In this document: positions 1-14,345 of the stretch, piece after piece
How the letters are laid out: each line of letters opens with the position of its first letter
Numbering within the stretch: the first letter of the stretch is position 1
From: Prorocentrum cordatum
Lineage: Eukaryota
Assembly: GCA_963575745.1 (NCBI GenBank)
Contig: CAUYUJ010000101.1
Span: forward strand, 62,001 to 118,233
Length of the DNA stretch: 56,233 bases
Direction: 5' to 3'
The notes under the pieces: generated by a model
The model's input: the letters and a program-made list of their open reading frames with translations, nothing else
What the model was told of the DNA's origin: nothing
The model's database searches: none
Made by a program: the position numbers and the translations under genes

Positions 1-524
1 CGCGAAGCAACCCGCCCGCCCCCCGATCTCGTTCCCCGCAGTGCACACGGCAGCGAGGCTGCGCTGCAGCGTCGGGCAGAGGGATGGCACGAGGGCCCCC
101 GCACTCCTCCTCCTCCTCCTCCTCCTCCTCCTCCTCTCCTCCTCCTCCTCCTCCTCTCCTCCTCCTCCTCCTCCTCCTCCTCCTCCTCCTCCTCCTCCTC
201 CTCCTCCTCCTCCTCCTCCTCCTCCTCGAGGCCCTCCGTCGGCCGAAGCAGACAGGGCATCCAAGGAGACCCCCCTCGGGATGCGCAGGAGCATCCAGCA
301 GGCGCGAAGAGCACCAGGGCACCCTCCCTGAACCGACCTCGATCTCATACCTCGGTCCGACTGTGCAAAAGTGATGGGCCCAAAAATGAATACCTGTCCC
401 GCCGACATGCGACGCCTCTGCTGAGCAGCCCACGCATTTGGGATAGATTCGACGGGGAAATGAATTCTGGGGTAAACCAATGTTGTAGTCGATCCCCTAC
501 TCGAAAATCGAGAATCTCTGAGAC

Positions 525-731
525 CTGGCGGCTCTCGAGGATGTCTCGGGCGCCGCGGCCTTCGCAGAGCGTTCCGGAGCGCCCTGAGAGCGCTCGGAAA
601 CGCTCCAGAGCGGATCCGTCCTCGTCGTGGCCCCCTCCGTGGCGGCCGCCGGCGACGGCGGCGGCGGCGGCGACGGCGCCGGACACGGCGGCGGCGGCGG
701 CGGCGGCGGAGTGCGGAGATGTCGATGAGGC
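525..731 (-). CDS. candidate exon of an unidentified downstream gene
   Basis: Open 207-nt stretch bounded by TAG|G and CAG|GT (..HDEDGSALERFRALSGRSGTLCEGRGARDILESRQ); no family recognised. Confidence 0.3.
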
Positions 732-2667
732 CTACGACGCCTCAGAGCCTGGCGTGCGTTGCCATTTCTTCGCCACGGGCGTCTTCGCCCAATTTTGGGG
801 CCCGGGGGCCCCACAGATCGATCCGGGGAGTGCTGTCCGAAGCCTCCTTCGAGTTTCGGGGCCCGGGGTGCTTTCCACGAGCCGCGCCTCGTCGAGATCG
901 TTCGGGGGGCGCCCGAATCGTCCAAGAAGGCCGCATGAGGCCCGAGTTATGGCCCGAAGGCCAACTGGTGAAAGAAGAGGGGAGGGGACAGGCTAAGCGC
1001 GCTTCCGCCATGTTTGACACCCTGCCCCTCCCACCCATCGCTTCCCACTGCGATGATGTTTTCTTCGATGCGCGGACGCATGTCACAGCGGGCCTGGAAC
1101 TCCCAAGAAGACCCTATCCTGTTGTGCACAATCGGGGACAGGAGTTGCGTACGTAAGAGGACGGGGACAAGGAGGAGGTGGAGGATGAGCAGGAGGATGA
1201 ACAGGAGGAAAAGGAAGATGACACAGGAGGAGGACAAAGACGAACAGAAGCAGCGGGAACTGGAGCAGACTGAGCGGGAGGAGTCGGAGGAGGACGACCG
1301 GGGGAAGGCGGAGGAGGGGAAGTGGTGGGGGCGATAACGATGAGGAAGGACTCGGCTTCCGTCAAGTGGCCTGCGCTGGGGCGAGAGCACCGTGATGACC
1401 GGCGGGGGGCACAGCGCCGATCCCAAAATGAGGCCCACGCCGCAGCGGCAGCACCACAGGAAAGGCCAAGTCGTGAAATCCGGGGGAAAAAAGAAGTGCG
1501 CAGAGGGGGGCGGGCTGCTCACTGGCCATCTTCGGGAGATGGAAGAGAGCAGTACTCAGATTGAGTAACTGCGGGTGACAGGGAGGGGGGAGGAGGGAGG
1601 GGGAGGGACGAGAGAGGTGGGAGGAGGGAGGAGAAGGAGGAGGAGGAGGAGGACGACGACGACGACGACAACGACGAGCAGCAGCAATGGGAACTGGAGT
1701 GGAAGGAGTGGGAGGAGTCGGAGGAGGACCAGGGGAAGGCGGAGGAGGGGAGATGGGGGCGACAACGATGAGGAAGGACTCGGATCCAGAAAAGTATCCC
1801 GCGCTGGGGCGAGAGCGCCATTCTGGACGACGGGTGCAAAGCACAAATGATACGCATGTACGTATATATTCCATAAACAAGCAAGCAAGCAAGCAAGCAA
1901 GACAGCAAGCAAACAAACAAACAAACAAACAAACCAGCATAAAAAAAACGACAAGCAAATGTAGCGGCAGCACCATATATATAATGTAATGTCATATCAT
2001 GTCAGCTAGATTCTTTCTCTACAACAAGTAGGGAGGCCACTCACGGGCCATCGTCGGGGGAGAGAAGAGAATTGCATCCAGATTGAATAACGGTGGATGA
2101 CATGGAGGGCGGAGGGGGGAGAGGGGGGGACGGGAGAGGAGTGAGCAGGGAGGAGGGAGGAGGGGTAGTAGGACAAGGAGGAGAGGAGAAGGGGGAGGAG
2201 GAGGAGGAGGAGACGGAGGAGGAGGAGGAGGAGGAGAAGGATGAGGAGGAGGAGGAGGAGGAGGAGGAGGAGACGGAGGAGGAGGAGGACGACGACGACG
2301 ACCACGACGACGTCGACGACGACGACGACGACGACGAGGACGACGACGGCGAAGACGACGAAGACGACGACAATGACGACGACACCGACGAAGACGAGAG
2401 CAAGGAGGACAAGGAGGAGGGAGGACGGCGGGAACTTCGCGCCCACCTCCCTCCTCGCCCCTCGCCTCCCCGTCTTCCTCCCTCCCCCTCCTCCCCGTTG
2501 AAAAATTCAGAGTGTCTCCTGAATTCTCTGAGAAGATGTCAGGCCCTCCCACAAAAACTCCAAATTCGTCCAACACATTCCGCGAACGCCCGAGGACCTA
2601 CGACGGCCACGCGAAAACTTACACTAACACCTTACGAACACCCATCCGCAAGCCGCCGACGTCCTAA

Positions 2668-3323
<656 letters not shown>

Positions 3324-3584
3324 TTCCGTTTCCCCCTGCATCGTTCCGCATACAAGGAAGAGACAAGGACGAGACGAAGGAGGAGGAGGTGGAGGAGGAG
3401 AAAAGAGCGGAGGACGAGGAGGATGAGAAGGAAAAAGAGAAGGAGGAGAAGTAGAAAGAGAGAAGGAGGCGGGTAGGGACAAGGGAGAGGAGAGACGCAC
3501 CGTCCAGAAAACCTCTGGGCCCCCTTGGGCGGAGCTGGCAGGACGGCACCAGCGGTCGCGCAAAGGCGGCAGACGCCGCCGCCG

Positions 3585-3630
3585 CAACGACGACGACGAC
3601 GACGCAGACGAGGGCGACGACGGTAACGAC

Positions 3631-3672
<42 letters not shown>

Positions 3673-3719
3673 GACGACGACCACGACGACGACGACGACG
3701 CCGCAACGACGACGACGAA

Positions 3720-3802
<83 letters not shown>

Positions 3803-3925
3803 GCCGACGACCTCCAGCGGCCCGAGCGTCGGGCTCGGAGGCGTTCGCGGGGGCTCCTGGCGGCGGGCGGGGCAAAGACGGCATCGACGACGACCACGAC
3901 GACGCCGACGCCGACGCCGACGACC

Positions 3926-3963
<38 letters not shown>

Positions 3964-4037
3964 GGCGACGAGGACGAGGACGACGACGGCGACGAGGGCG
4001 CCGACAACGAGGATGACGGCGGCGACGAGGACGACGG

Positions 4038-4120
<83 letters not shown>

Positions 4121-4207
4121 ACGACTGCTGCGCCGACGCCGACGCCGACGCCGACGACCACGAAGACGACGGCGACGGCGACGACGACGCTGACGACGCC
4201 GACAACC

Positions 4208-4265
<58 letters not shown>

Positions 4266-4351
4266 CGCCGACGCCAACGCCGGCGACAACGAGGATGACG
4301 ACGCCGAAGACGTCGACGCCGACGCCGACGACCACCACGACAACGGCGACC

Positions 4352-4386
<35 letters not shown>

Positions 4387-4430
4387 GCCGCAGCCGACGA
4401 TCACAACAACGGCGACCACGACGACGACGA

Positions 4431-4481
<51 letters not shown>

Positions 4482-4844
4482 CGGTGACAGCGACGACGAC
4501 GGCGACGACTACAATGACGGCGACGACGCGACGACGACGACGACGACGACGACGCCGACGACGACGATGACGACGACGGCGCCGACGACGACGCCGACGA
4601 GCACGACGACGACGACGCCGACGACGCCGACGCCGACAGCGACGACCACGACAACCACGACGACTACGACGACCAGGACGACCACGACGACAACGACCAC
4701 GACGACGAGAACGACGACGACGGCGAGGAGGACGACGACGACGACGACGGCGGTGACGGCGACGACGACGACGACCACGACGACGATCACGACGACGACG
4801 ACGACCACGACGACGATGTTATCGACGACGGCGACGGCGAGAAC

Positions 4845-4885
<41 letters not shown>

Positions 4886-5012
4886 AAGCGACGACGACGA
4901 CGACGACCACGACGACGATCACGACGACGCCGACGGCACGACGACGACGAAAGCCACGACGACGATGACGACGGTAACGACGAGGACGACGACGACGACG
5001 ACGACGACGACC

Positions 5013-5071
<59 letters not shown>

Positions 5072-5166
5072 AACGACGACGACGGCGGCGCCGAAGCCGA
5101 CGACGACCACAACGACGACGGCGGCGACAAGGGCGCCGACGAGGACGACGGCGGCGATTTGGACGG

Positions 5167-5208
<42 letters not shown>

Positions 5209-5262
5209 CGGCGACGCCGACGCCGACGACCACAACGACGACGGCGGCGGCGGCGACGACGC

Positions 5263-5293
<31 letters not shown>

Positions 5294-5306
5294 CACGACC
5301 ACGATC

Positions 5307-5359
<53 letters not shown>

Positions 5360-5531
5360 TGCGGCGCCGAAGCCGACGACGACACAACGACGACGGCGGC
5401 GACGACGACGACGACGACGACGCCACGACCACGACGACGACGACGACGACGACGACGGACGACGACGACGACGACGACTGCGGCGCCGAAGCCGACGACG
5501 ACGTCGACGACGACGATGACGACGACGACGC

Positions 5532-5571
<40 letters not shown>

Positions 5572-5590
5572 CGACGACGACGACGACGAC

Positions 5591-5623
<33 letters not shown>

Positions 5624-5627
5624 ACGA

Positions 5628-5668
<41 letters not shown>

Positions 5669-5703
5669 ACGACCGACGACGACGAACGACGACGACGACG
5701 ACG

Positions 5704-5784
<81 letters not shown>

Positions 5785-5897
5785 ACCCAGGTAACCCTAC
5801 ATACCGACGACAAAGACGCCGTCGACGACGACACTGCCTGGGACCGTCGGCAGCAGCGGTGGCGGCGAAGGCAACGTGAGGTGACGGAACCTTGAGT

Positions 5898-5934
<37 letters not shown>

Positions 5935-6390
5935 CGACGCCGACGCCGACGCCGACGACGACGACGACGCCGACGCCGACGCCGACGACGACGACGACGA
6001 CGACGACGACGCCGACGACGCCATCATCCTGCTCCTGCTCCTTCTTCAATTCCTCCTCCAACTCCTCCTCCCCTTCATCCTCCTCCTCCTCCTCCTCTTC
6101 CTCCTCCTCCTCTTCCACCTCTTCCTCCTCCGCATGCCATAACATCCCATCTCCCCATCCGGCCTTTCCACCTTCCCACCCGTTCTCTTCCGTCGCCGTT
6201 TCCGCCTCGTCGCGATGGTGATGGCGACGGCGACGACGACGACGGCAGCGACGACGACGACGACCACGATGACCACGACGACCACGACCACGATGACGAC
6301 GGTGACGACGACGACGACGACGACGACGATCACCACCACTGCGACCACGACGACCACGACCACGACGACCACGACGACCATGATGATAAC

Positions 6391-6446
<56 letters not shown>
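3585..6446. repeat. degenerate (GAC)n microsatellite field
   Basis: Directly visible, with short unique islands. Confidence 0.95.
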
Positions 6447-7759
6447 TTGGAAGTTACTTCCTCTTTTTCGTCGGCCTCCCGACGGCTCCCGACGCCTCGA
6501 GTGACCTCAAGAAGCCTGCAGGGGGGGACGTCCGCGGACCGACGACAACGGCGGCAGCCGACGACGACTGGCGACTCGACGACGGCTGCGACGACGACGC
6601 CCTCCTCCGCTTGCAACCACTGCTCCTCTCCGCTCTCCACCCCTCACCGCTCTCCCCACACCTTCTCCCCCTCCCCCTCCCCGTCAGCCCCACCCTCCTC
6701 GCCGCTGCCTTCTCCTCCTCCCTCCGACCCCCTGCATCCTCCTCCCTCCCCTTCCCGCCCCTCCCCGTCCCTCTTCTCCCCTGCATCCTCCTCCCTCCCC
6801 TGCATCCTCCTCCCTCCCCTTCCCGCCCCTCCCCGCCCCTCCCCTGCATCCTCCTCCCTCCCCTTCCCGCCCCTCCCCGCCCCTTCCCGCCCCTCCCCGC
6901 CCCTCTTCTCCCCGATCCCTCCGCCTCCGCCCTCCTCTCGCCCGGAGGACGGCGGCGCACCGGCCGGCAGGGGAGGGGCGGACGGGAAGAGCAGAAGGAG
7001 GAGGAAGGCGTCGTCCTCGCTCTCGCCCCCGCCATGAAGAGGAGGAGGGGAGGAGGAGGAGGAGGAGGAGGAGAAGGAGGAGGAGGAAGTGGAGGAGGAT
7101 GAAGAAGAAGAGGGGAAGAAGAATAATAGAAAAGGGAAACAAGAAGAAGAAGAAGTAGAAAAAGGGGAAGAATAATGTGAAGCGAAAGGGAGGAGGAGGA
7201 GGAGGAGGAGGAGGAGGAGGAGGGGGAGGAATAAGAGAAAGAAGAGAAAGGCAAAGAGCTGGAGGAGGAGGAGGAGGAGGAGGAGGAACTGAACTGAACT
7301 GAGCTCTGGGAAGCCAGCATCCTCCGAGACAAAGAGCGCCACAATATGGTGACGTTAACCCGGCCGGGCGGAAAATAGGCTTCTGAGATGGCATCTGCGG
7401 ATACCCACTGGAAAACGGTGCGATAGCGATCGAGCTGCACTCTGCGCATGCAGCACTGGCCAGGCCAACACCCGCACGGGCACGCAACCCCCAATGGGGT
7501 TGGCACACACGGCGCAGGCATTAAGATCGATCCAGGTCCCCCCCAGTCCCACCCGTACGACCACGACCCCGCCCACTCCCCTTCCTCGGTGGCGGCCTCG
7601 GCGCGACGTGCACCAGAGGAACCGCAGGCATCGCTGGGTTAGAAAACGTTTGGATTGGAGCCGCTCTACTTTGTCGCACGGGGCGGGCTGGGGCCCACAC
7701 AGCGGCGGTGCGGGCAGTGGAAGATGCTCCGCCGCCCCATCCTCACACAGCGGCCCTCC

Positions 7760-8272
7760 CCCTCCTCCTCCTCCCTCCCCCACCCTCCCCCACCACCGCC
7801 GAACTCCTCCATTCCTCCTCCTCCTCCTCCTCCTCCCCTCCTCCTCCTCCTCCTCCTCCTCCTCCTCCCCTCCTCCTCCTCCTCCTCCTCCTCCTCCTCT
7901 CCTCCTCCTCCTCTCTCCTCCTCCTCCTCCTCCTCCCCTCCTCCTCCTCCTCCTCCTCCTCCTCCTCCTTCCTCCCTCCTCCTCCTCCTCCCCTCCTCCT
8001 CCTCCTCCTCCTCCTCCCTCCTCCTCCTCCTCCTCCTCCTCCTCCTCCTCCTCCTCCCCCCCTCCTCCTCCTCCTCCTCCTCTCCTCCTCTCTCCTCCTC
8101 CTCCTCCTCCTCCTCCTCCTCCTCCTCCTCCTCCTCTCTGCTCCTCCTACTGCTCCGCCTCCTCCTCCTTCTCCTCCTCCTTTTCCTTTTCCTCCTCCTC
8201 CTCTTCCTCCTCCTCCTCCTCGTCCCTCCTCCTCCTCCTCCTCCTCCTCCTCCTCCTCCTCCTCCTCCTCCT
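7760..8272. repeat. (CCT)n microsatellite immediately 3' of the dioxygenase stop
   Basis: Directly visible. Confidence 0.95.
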
Positions 8273-8289
8273 TCTCGGGAAAAGGCGCT

Positions 8290-8401
8290 TCAGGGCACGG
8301 CGTCGAAGTCGTCCACCTGCAGCCAGAGCCGGAAGAACAGCCGCGGCAGGGCGGGGTCGTCCTCGAAGGCCGTCCTCGCATGCAGCCAGCGGTAGTTGTC
8401 G
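8290..8401 (-). CDS. dioxygenase exon 11 (distal His, 2OG-binding Arg, stop)
   Basis: DNYRWLHARTAFEDDPALPRLFFRLWLQVDDFDAVP* read directly from the reverse complement; it is not in the supplied ORF track. Confidence 0.9.
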
Positions 8402-11400
8402 ATCGGCCCCAAGACTCGTCGGAAGACTCGGCTCAAAAGGCCTGGGGATCTTGAGGCTCCTTTGTCTGCTGGATACGAGACGAGCCAAGAAACGGTTGCA
8501 TTTGAAAGCCGTTGTCTTCCTCACCACGCGTGTGGAATAGAGATGCCACGCCGAAAGAGAAGAAGAGAAGGATCAGGGACCCGTAGATCAGGAATCCAGG
8601 GTCTGGAAGCCCAGCCGAGGCTTGGCCATGGATGTCACCGCGGCCCTCATCGAATGAAGAGTCATCCAAGGTCTGAGAAGCATCCTGGTCACATTCCTTG
8701 CCGAACGTCCCGACCACATCTTCGGGGAGCCCCGGGCGCGCCCGTCATCCAGCAGCCGCACCTCGTCGAGGGCCCCCTGGATCGTTACGGCCGTCCCAGA
8801 CGGCCCTCTCGGGCCCGTTCTGCGGCCGAAGAGCCTTAACCTCCAGCGTCCACGACTGAGCATGGCGCGACCCCCAATAGGAGTACGTGCTCGTTTTGTT
8901 TTGTTGGTTGATGAAGGCGTGGAACGCAATGGAATGAGATGCCGTGTGATACAAAACGCTGCATAATTTGGCACCCCAAGCATAGCATTGTACCACGTAG
9001 CACATCAAGTCATAGCAGCCCTGCACAGCACCGCACTGCTTAACGTAGAAATGCATGCCACTGCATCGCATAGCGTGGCACCGCATACCAAGGCATGCCA
9101 TGATACGGAATGTCAAGGACTTGCGCAGCATTTCATGGGAACACGCTGCACTGCAAAGCTCAGCACGTTGTAAGCCATACGACTCCTTAACATCGCACGG
9201 CATAGCAGTGCATGGCCAGACATGATAAAGCATACCAATGCATAGCGTAGCACGTCGAACCATGAGAAATAAGTGTAGTGTGCAGAGAGGGAGAGACCGA
9301 AAAAGCACTGACATGTTTACATCAAAAAAACGCTGTGCATCACACCTCAAGAGGAGAAAACAAACAAACAAACAAACAAACAAACAAACAAACAAACAAA
9401 CAAAACGTGGGCGTCCCTGCTCGTATTCCTCTCTCTCTCTCTCTCTCTGCCCAGAGGGGCACCCCTGCTGCCCCTCTGCGGCCCCCTCCTTCTGCCGCCC
9501 TCCTCCCCTGGCCCAGGGGCCGAACGGAACACTGGCCGTCGGCGCGCTTGCTCCAGTCGAGGACGACCTGGAGCTTGGACGGCGCTGGGGGCTCTATGCA
9601 CGGGAGGAGTGCGGACAGCCGCGACCACACAGCCGCGCGGCACAGAAAGAGGCAGAGCCCGCTCGCGGCGGGTCTTCGTGCTCTGCTGGCGGCGGCGGGC
9701 CGTACAGAAGGCCACTCGGATGGCACGGCGTGGCACGGCCTGGCATGGAGTGGCACGACGTGTCAGGGCACAGCATCGGCTAGCACAGCGGCGCACGGCA
9801 CTAGCACTGCGCCGCACGGCCTGCAGTCCGAGCACCCCCCAGCGACCCCTGGGCGATACCCAGAGACGGTCCCCGAGCATCCCGAGCGATTCACCAAGCG
9901 ATCCCCGAGCGACCTCCGAATAGGCCCTGAGTGATTCAAGCCGCCATTAAAGAAGGAGGGGCCCCTCAGGCGCGACCTGTTGCTTGTTGGTGTTTTTCCG
10001 GTGAGAGGGGGGGGCCTCCAGAAGCCCATTTCTGGACTCCCCCGCGGGAAAAGTAAATGACCCGATGCGGGACATGCACGCGAAAGATCACGCCGAGAGC
10101 TCCGGAGCGGCACCTCCCAAAAACGCCGAAGAAGTCGGAGGTCCGGGCCAGCCAGGTGTGCTTCGAAGACCACATGCCGTGTCCGGGTATTGCCAGAGGC
10201 GTCCCTGGCCCAAGGCTCCGGATTTCCCAGGAGGCCCCCAGGGCCACCAGAGCACCCCTCGCGAGGCCCAGGTGGCCGCAGGCGCTCCAAAGCGGAGCGA
10301 AAGGCTGGGGACACCCTGGGCGAGGGACAACTCCCCAGACGTGCGATGCCATGGCTTCTTCCACACGCGGCCCCTGGAAGTCCCCACCCCTTCCCCGGGG
10401 CCCTCTCTCCGTCCCGAGTCCTCTTGGACGGCCCTGGGTCCCAGTAGAGGCCCCCAGAGGCCGACAACGACGAAGAGCCTCCGTCCGGAATGGCCCACGA
10501 CGCGTCCTGGAGGACGCCTTGGGCCCGGGGGAGGAGGAGGAGGAGGAGGAGGAGGAGGAGGAGGAGGAGGAGGAGGAGGGAGGAGGAGGAGGAGGAGGGA
10601 GGAGGAGGAGGAGGAGGAGAGGAGGAGGAGGAGGAGGAGGAGGAGGAGGGAGGAGAGGAGGAGGAGGAGGAGGGCCCGCCTCGTGCACCCCCTGGGCCGC
10701 CGCGGGAGGGGTGGCACGCCGCGGCCGGCCATTTGGAGGCCGCCGGCGCCCTTGGGGCGGAGCGGGGTCGGCGCCCTTCGCCTCTCGCCGCCACGCGAGG
10801 AGCGACCCCTCCCCCGCCTCCTCCTCCCTCCTCCTCCTCCTCCTCCTCCTCCTCCTCCTCCTCCTTCCGCCTCCTCCTCCTCCTCCTCCTCCTCCTCCTC
10901 CTCCTCCTCCTCCTCCAGGACAAGAGCGCCCTTTCGTGCGGTGCGCGGCGCTCGTTGTGCGGCATCGTCGAGGGGCCTCGTCTCGCCATCCCTCGGGCGT
11001 CCATTCCCAGGTGCGTGCTTCGGCTTCGTGCGCGTGCTTCTTCGCAGGATGGCCCCAAATTCTCCTCGACGGCCCGTCGCCGAGAAACGTGCGCACGGCC
11101 GAACGATGCCAAGTGGTCTGCCACGTCGCGCCCCTGTCCGTGTCGAATCCAGGGGGTCGCGGAGGGGGGGGGGGGGGGGGGACAAACCCGAGCGAGCAAG
11201 CCGCTGGTATATCGCACCGCACCGCACTCGGCGACCGGGGGGCCCCAGCTGGCCCGCACCACGGGTCCCTCTGGCGAAGGGCCACCTCTCACGCACGGCC
11301 GAGTCTTGGGGGTCATCAGGTAGGCCTCGCCAGCTCCCAGCTCCCAGTGCTGCACGACCGCGGGGTCGCTGCAGACCTCGCCCAGCGCCTCCAGCGAGGC

Positions 11401-12860
11401 TGCCACCTCTGAATGGGGCCCACGGACACACAAGCAGACAGACGCAAAACCAAGGATCCCCCACATTCTCCACGTTTCCTGAACACTTCTCTTTTGTCCA
11501 TCTTTTCCAGGGAATCCTGGGAATCGACGAGTAGTTGTGTCTGTGTGTGTTTCCCCTCCTGAACCTCCGCCTCCCGCGGGGTGCCCGCGTAGGCGGCCCC
11601 GATGGTCTCCTCCATGTTCTTCGCGTACTGCACGCAGGCCCTGCCGCGGCCGTCGTGGAAGACCAGGGGCCGCTCCTCCTCGCCCGTCGGCGGCTGCCGC
11701 CAGTCTGGGTGGTACTCCACCTTGGGAAGAAAAAGAGCATGAATAGATTCGGCTACACACCAGAGTCGCTTTAGGAGGCAACTACTAGGAGGTCGTCGTC
11801 GGAAGAATTACGGAGGAATTAACCACACTGGGGGGCTGCTACACCGGATTAGGCCGCGGACTAAGTGGGGTTAGGCCGAACTAAGCGGGACTAAGCTGGA
11901 TTAAGCGGGATCAAGCCAGATTACGCCGGATTTAGGACTAGGGCAAAATTAGAATTCGACCTCCCAGAAGTTGCATCCGAGAGTGACCCTCGGCAAGAGT
12001 GACCTTTGGTGCGCGGCCCAAGGGCGGGACTCTTGGGGACACCACCAGGCGCGCCAGCCGCTGCCATCGCATCACTTTCAGCGATCGGGAGGCCACATTG
12101 GGCCCGCACCAAAACTCACTCCGGCGAAAGGTCACTCTTACGTACACGGCTGGACGGAGGACATAGAAAACATCCCTCAAGAACAACCTGAAACCCTCCC
12201 CCAGCCCAAACTGGAGAACACTCGAGGGTGCCCTCCCACATGATGCACACTAATACCCAACAGACACGAAGACCAATAGGCCACCCTGCCCAAACCGGCC
12301 TCGATTTGGACGCCCGACATGGGTACGGAAAAAAAGGGGTACAATGCCCAACAACAAATGTTGTCCCAAACCGACAGCGGCCGCTGTTCGGCAGGCGGCC
12401 TTCTGTCTCAAGTGGACACAGGCCGCGGCTGCGCGGACAGCGAGCCCTCTTCAAAATGAACAGGAACTGCTGTTGGGCATTGTACCCACTCTTTCCGTAC
12501 CCACTTCGGGCGTGCAGACTCGAGCTTACACTTCGGCCCGGCCGTAGCCGACAGAAACTGGCAGAGCTCCGCGCGGATTCTCCTTGGGATTGGCGCTGCC
12601 CCCGCCCTGCCCGCGGCGCCTCGGGCGCCGCCCCTGGCGCGCCAGCTGCGCGGCCAGGGAGGGGCGGGTGCAGTGCCGGCACGAGAAACCGGCGCGGAGC
12701 TCCGAAAGTCCATGCTCAGGTCGTCGTATATGATGATGGTGGTGATGATGGTGCTGATGGTGCTGATGGTGATGATGAAATGAACATCGTCATCATCACC
12801 GTCGTCATCAGCATCATGATCATCAGCATCATCATCATCGTCATCATCTTCGTCGTCGTT

Positions 12861-12905
<45 letters not shown>

Positions 12906-12906
12906 G

Positions 12907-12959
<53 letters not shown>

Positions 12960-13068
12960 GCAGCAGCAGCATCATCATCACCATCGCCATCAGCAACAGC
13001 ATCGTCATCGTCATCATCAAAAGCAGCATCATCACCATCGTCATCATCCTCATCATCATCATCATCAG

Positions 13069-13103
<35 letters not shown>

Positions 13104-13266
13104 GCATCAGCATCAGCATCAGCATCATCATAATCAGCAGCATCATCATAATCAGCATCACCATCGTCATCAGCAGCATCACCATCGTCATCAGCAGCAG
13201 CATCATCATAAGCATCATCATCATCATCGTCATCATGATCATCATCATCATCATCATCATCAGCAG

Positions 13267-13297
<31 letters not shown>

Positions 13298-13326
13298 TTC
13301 ATCTTCATCATCATCATCATCCTCAA

Positions 13327-13367
<41 letters not shown>

Positions 13368-14314
13368 GCATCAGCATCAGCAGCAGCAGCACCATCATCA
13401 TCACCACCATCAAGATCATCATCACCATCATCATCATCAGCATCATTATCATTCTCATCAACATCATCATCATCATCATCATCGTCATCATCATCGGCAG
13501 CAGCACCACCACCATCGTCATCACCACCATCCAGATCACTATCTTCTTCATTCTCAGAATCATCATCATCAGCATCATGGTCATCAGCAAAAGCATCATC
13601 CTCGTAATCCTCATCATTGTCACCATCATCATCCGCACCCTCATCATCCTGATCCACATCTTCATCCCCATCCTCATCATCATCCTCATCTTCATCCCCA
13701 TCCTCATCGTCATCCTCACTATCGTCCTCATCATTATCAGCATCCGAATCATAACAACAATACCAATAATACGAATACTAATCATAACACTAAGAAAAAA
13801 AGATAGTCGCCATCAGCATCACCATCATCAGAATCGTCATCATTCACATCATCATCCTCATCCTCATACTCATCGTCGTCATCATCATAATCCTGGTCTG
13901 GCTCCTCACCCTCATCCTCACCCTCATCCTCATCATCATCATCATCATCATCATCATCAGCAGCATCATCATTATCGTCACCATCAACAGCAGCATCATC
14001 CTTTTCATCAGCATCATCATCAGCATCAGTATAGTCGTCATCGTCATCCTCATCATCATCCTCAGCACCAATTGTCATCCTCATCAGCATCATCATCATC
14101 ACCACCCATATCATCATCATCAGCATCATCATCATTCTCATCCCCATCCTCATCCTGATCGTCTTGATCCTCATCTTCATCATCATCTTCATCCTCATCA
14201 TCTTCGTCCTCGTCCCAAGCCACATCCTCGTCCTCATCATCATCATCATCACCACCCTCGGCCTCACCCCATCCTTATCGTCATCCAAATGATCGTCCTC
14301 ATCCTCATCACCAT

Positions 14315-14345
<31 letters not shown>

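Noticed and set aside
9763..11300. Long GC-rich ORFs of 450-670 aa
   Set aside because: They stay open because of high GC and GGA/CCT repeats; only the exon 9 and exon 10 portions upstream are supported.
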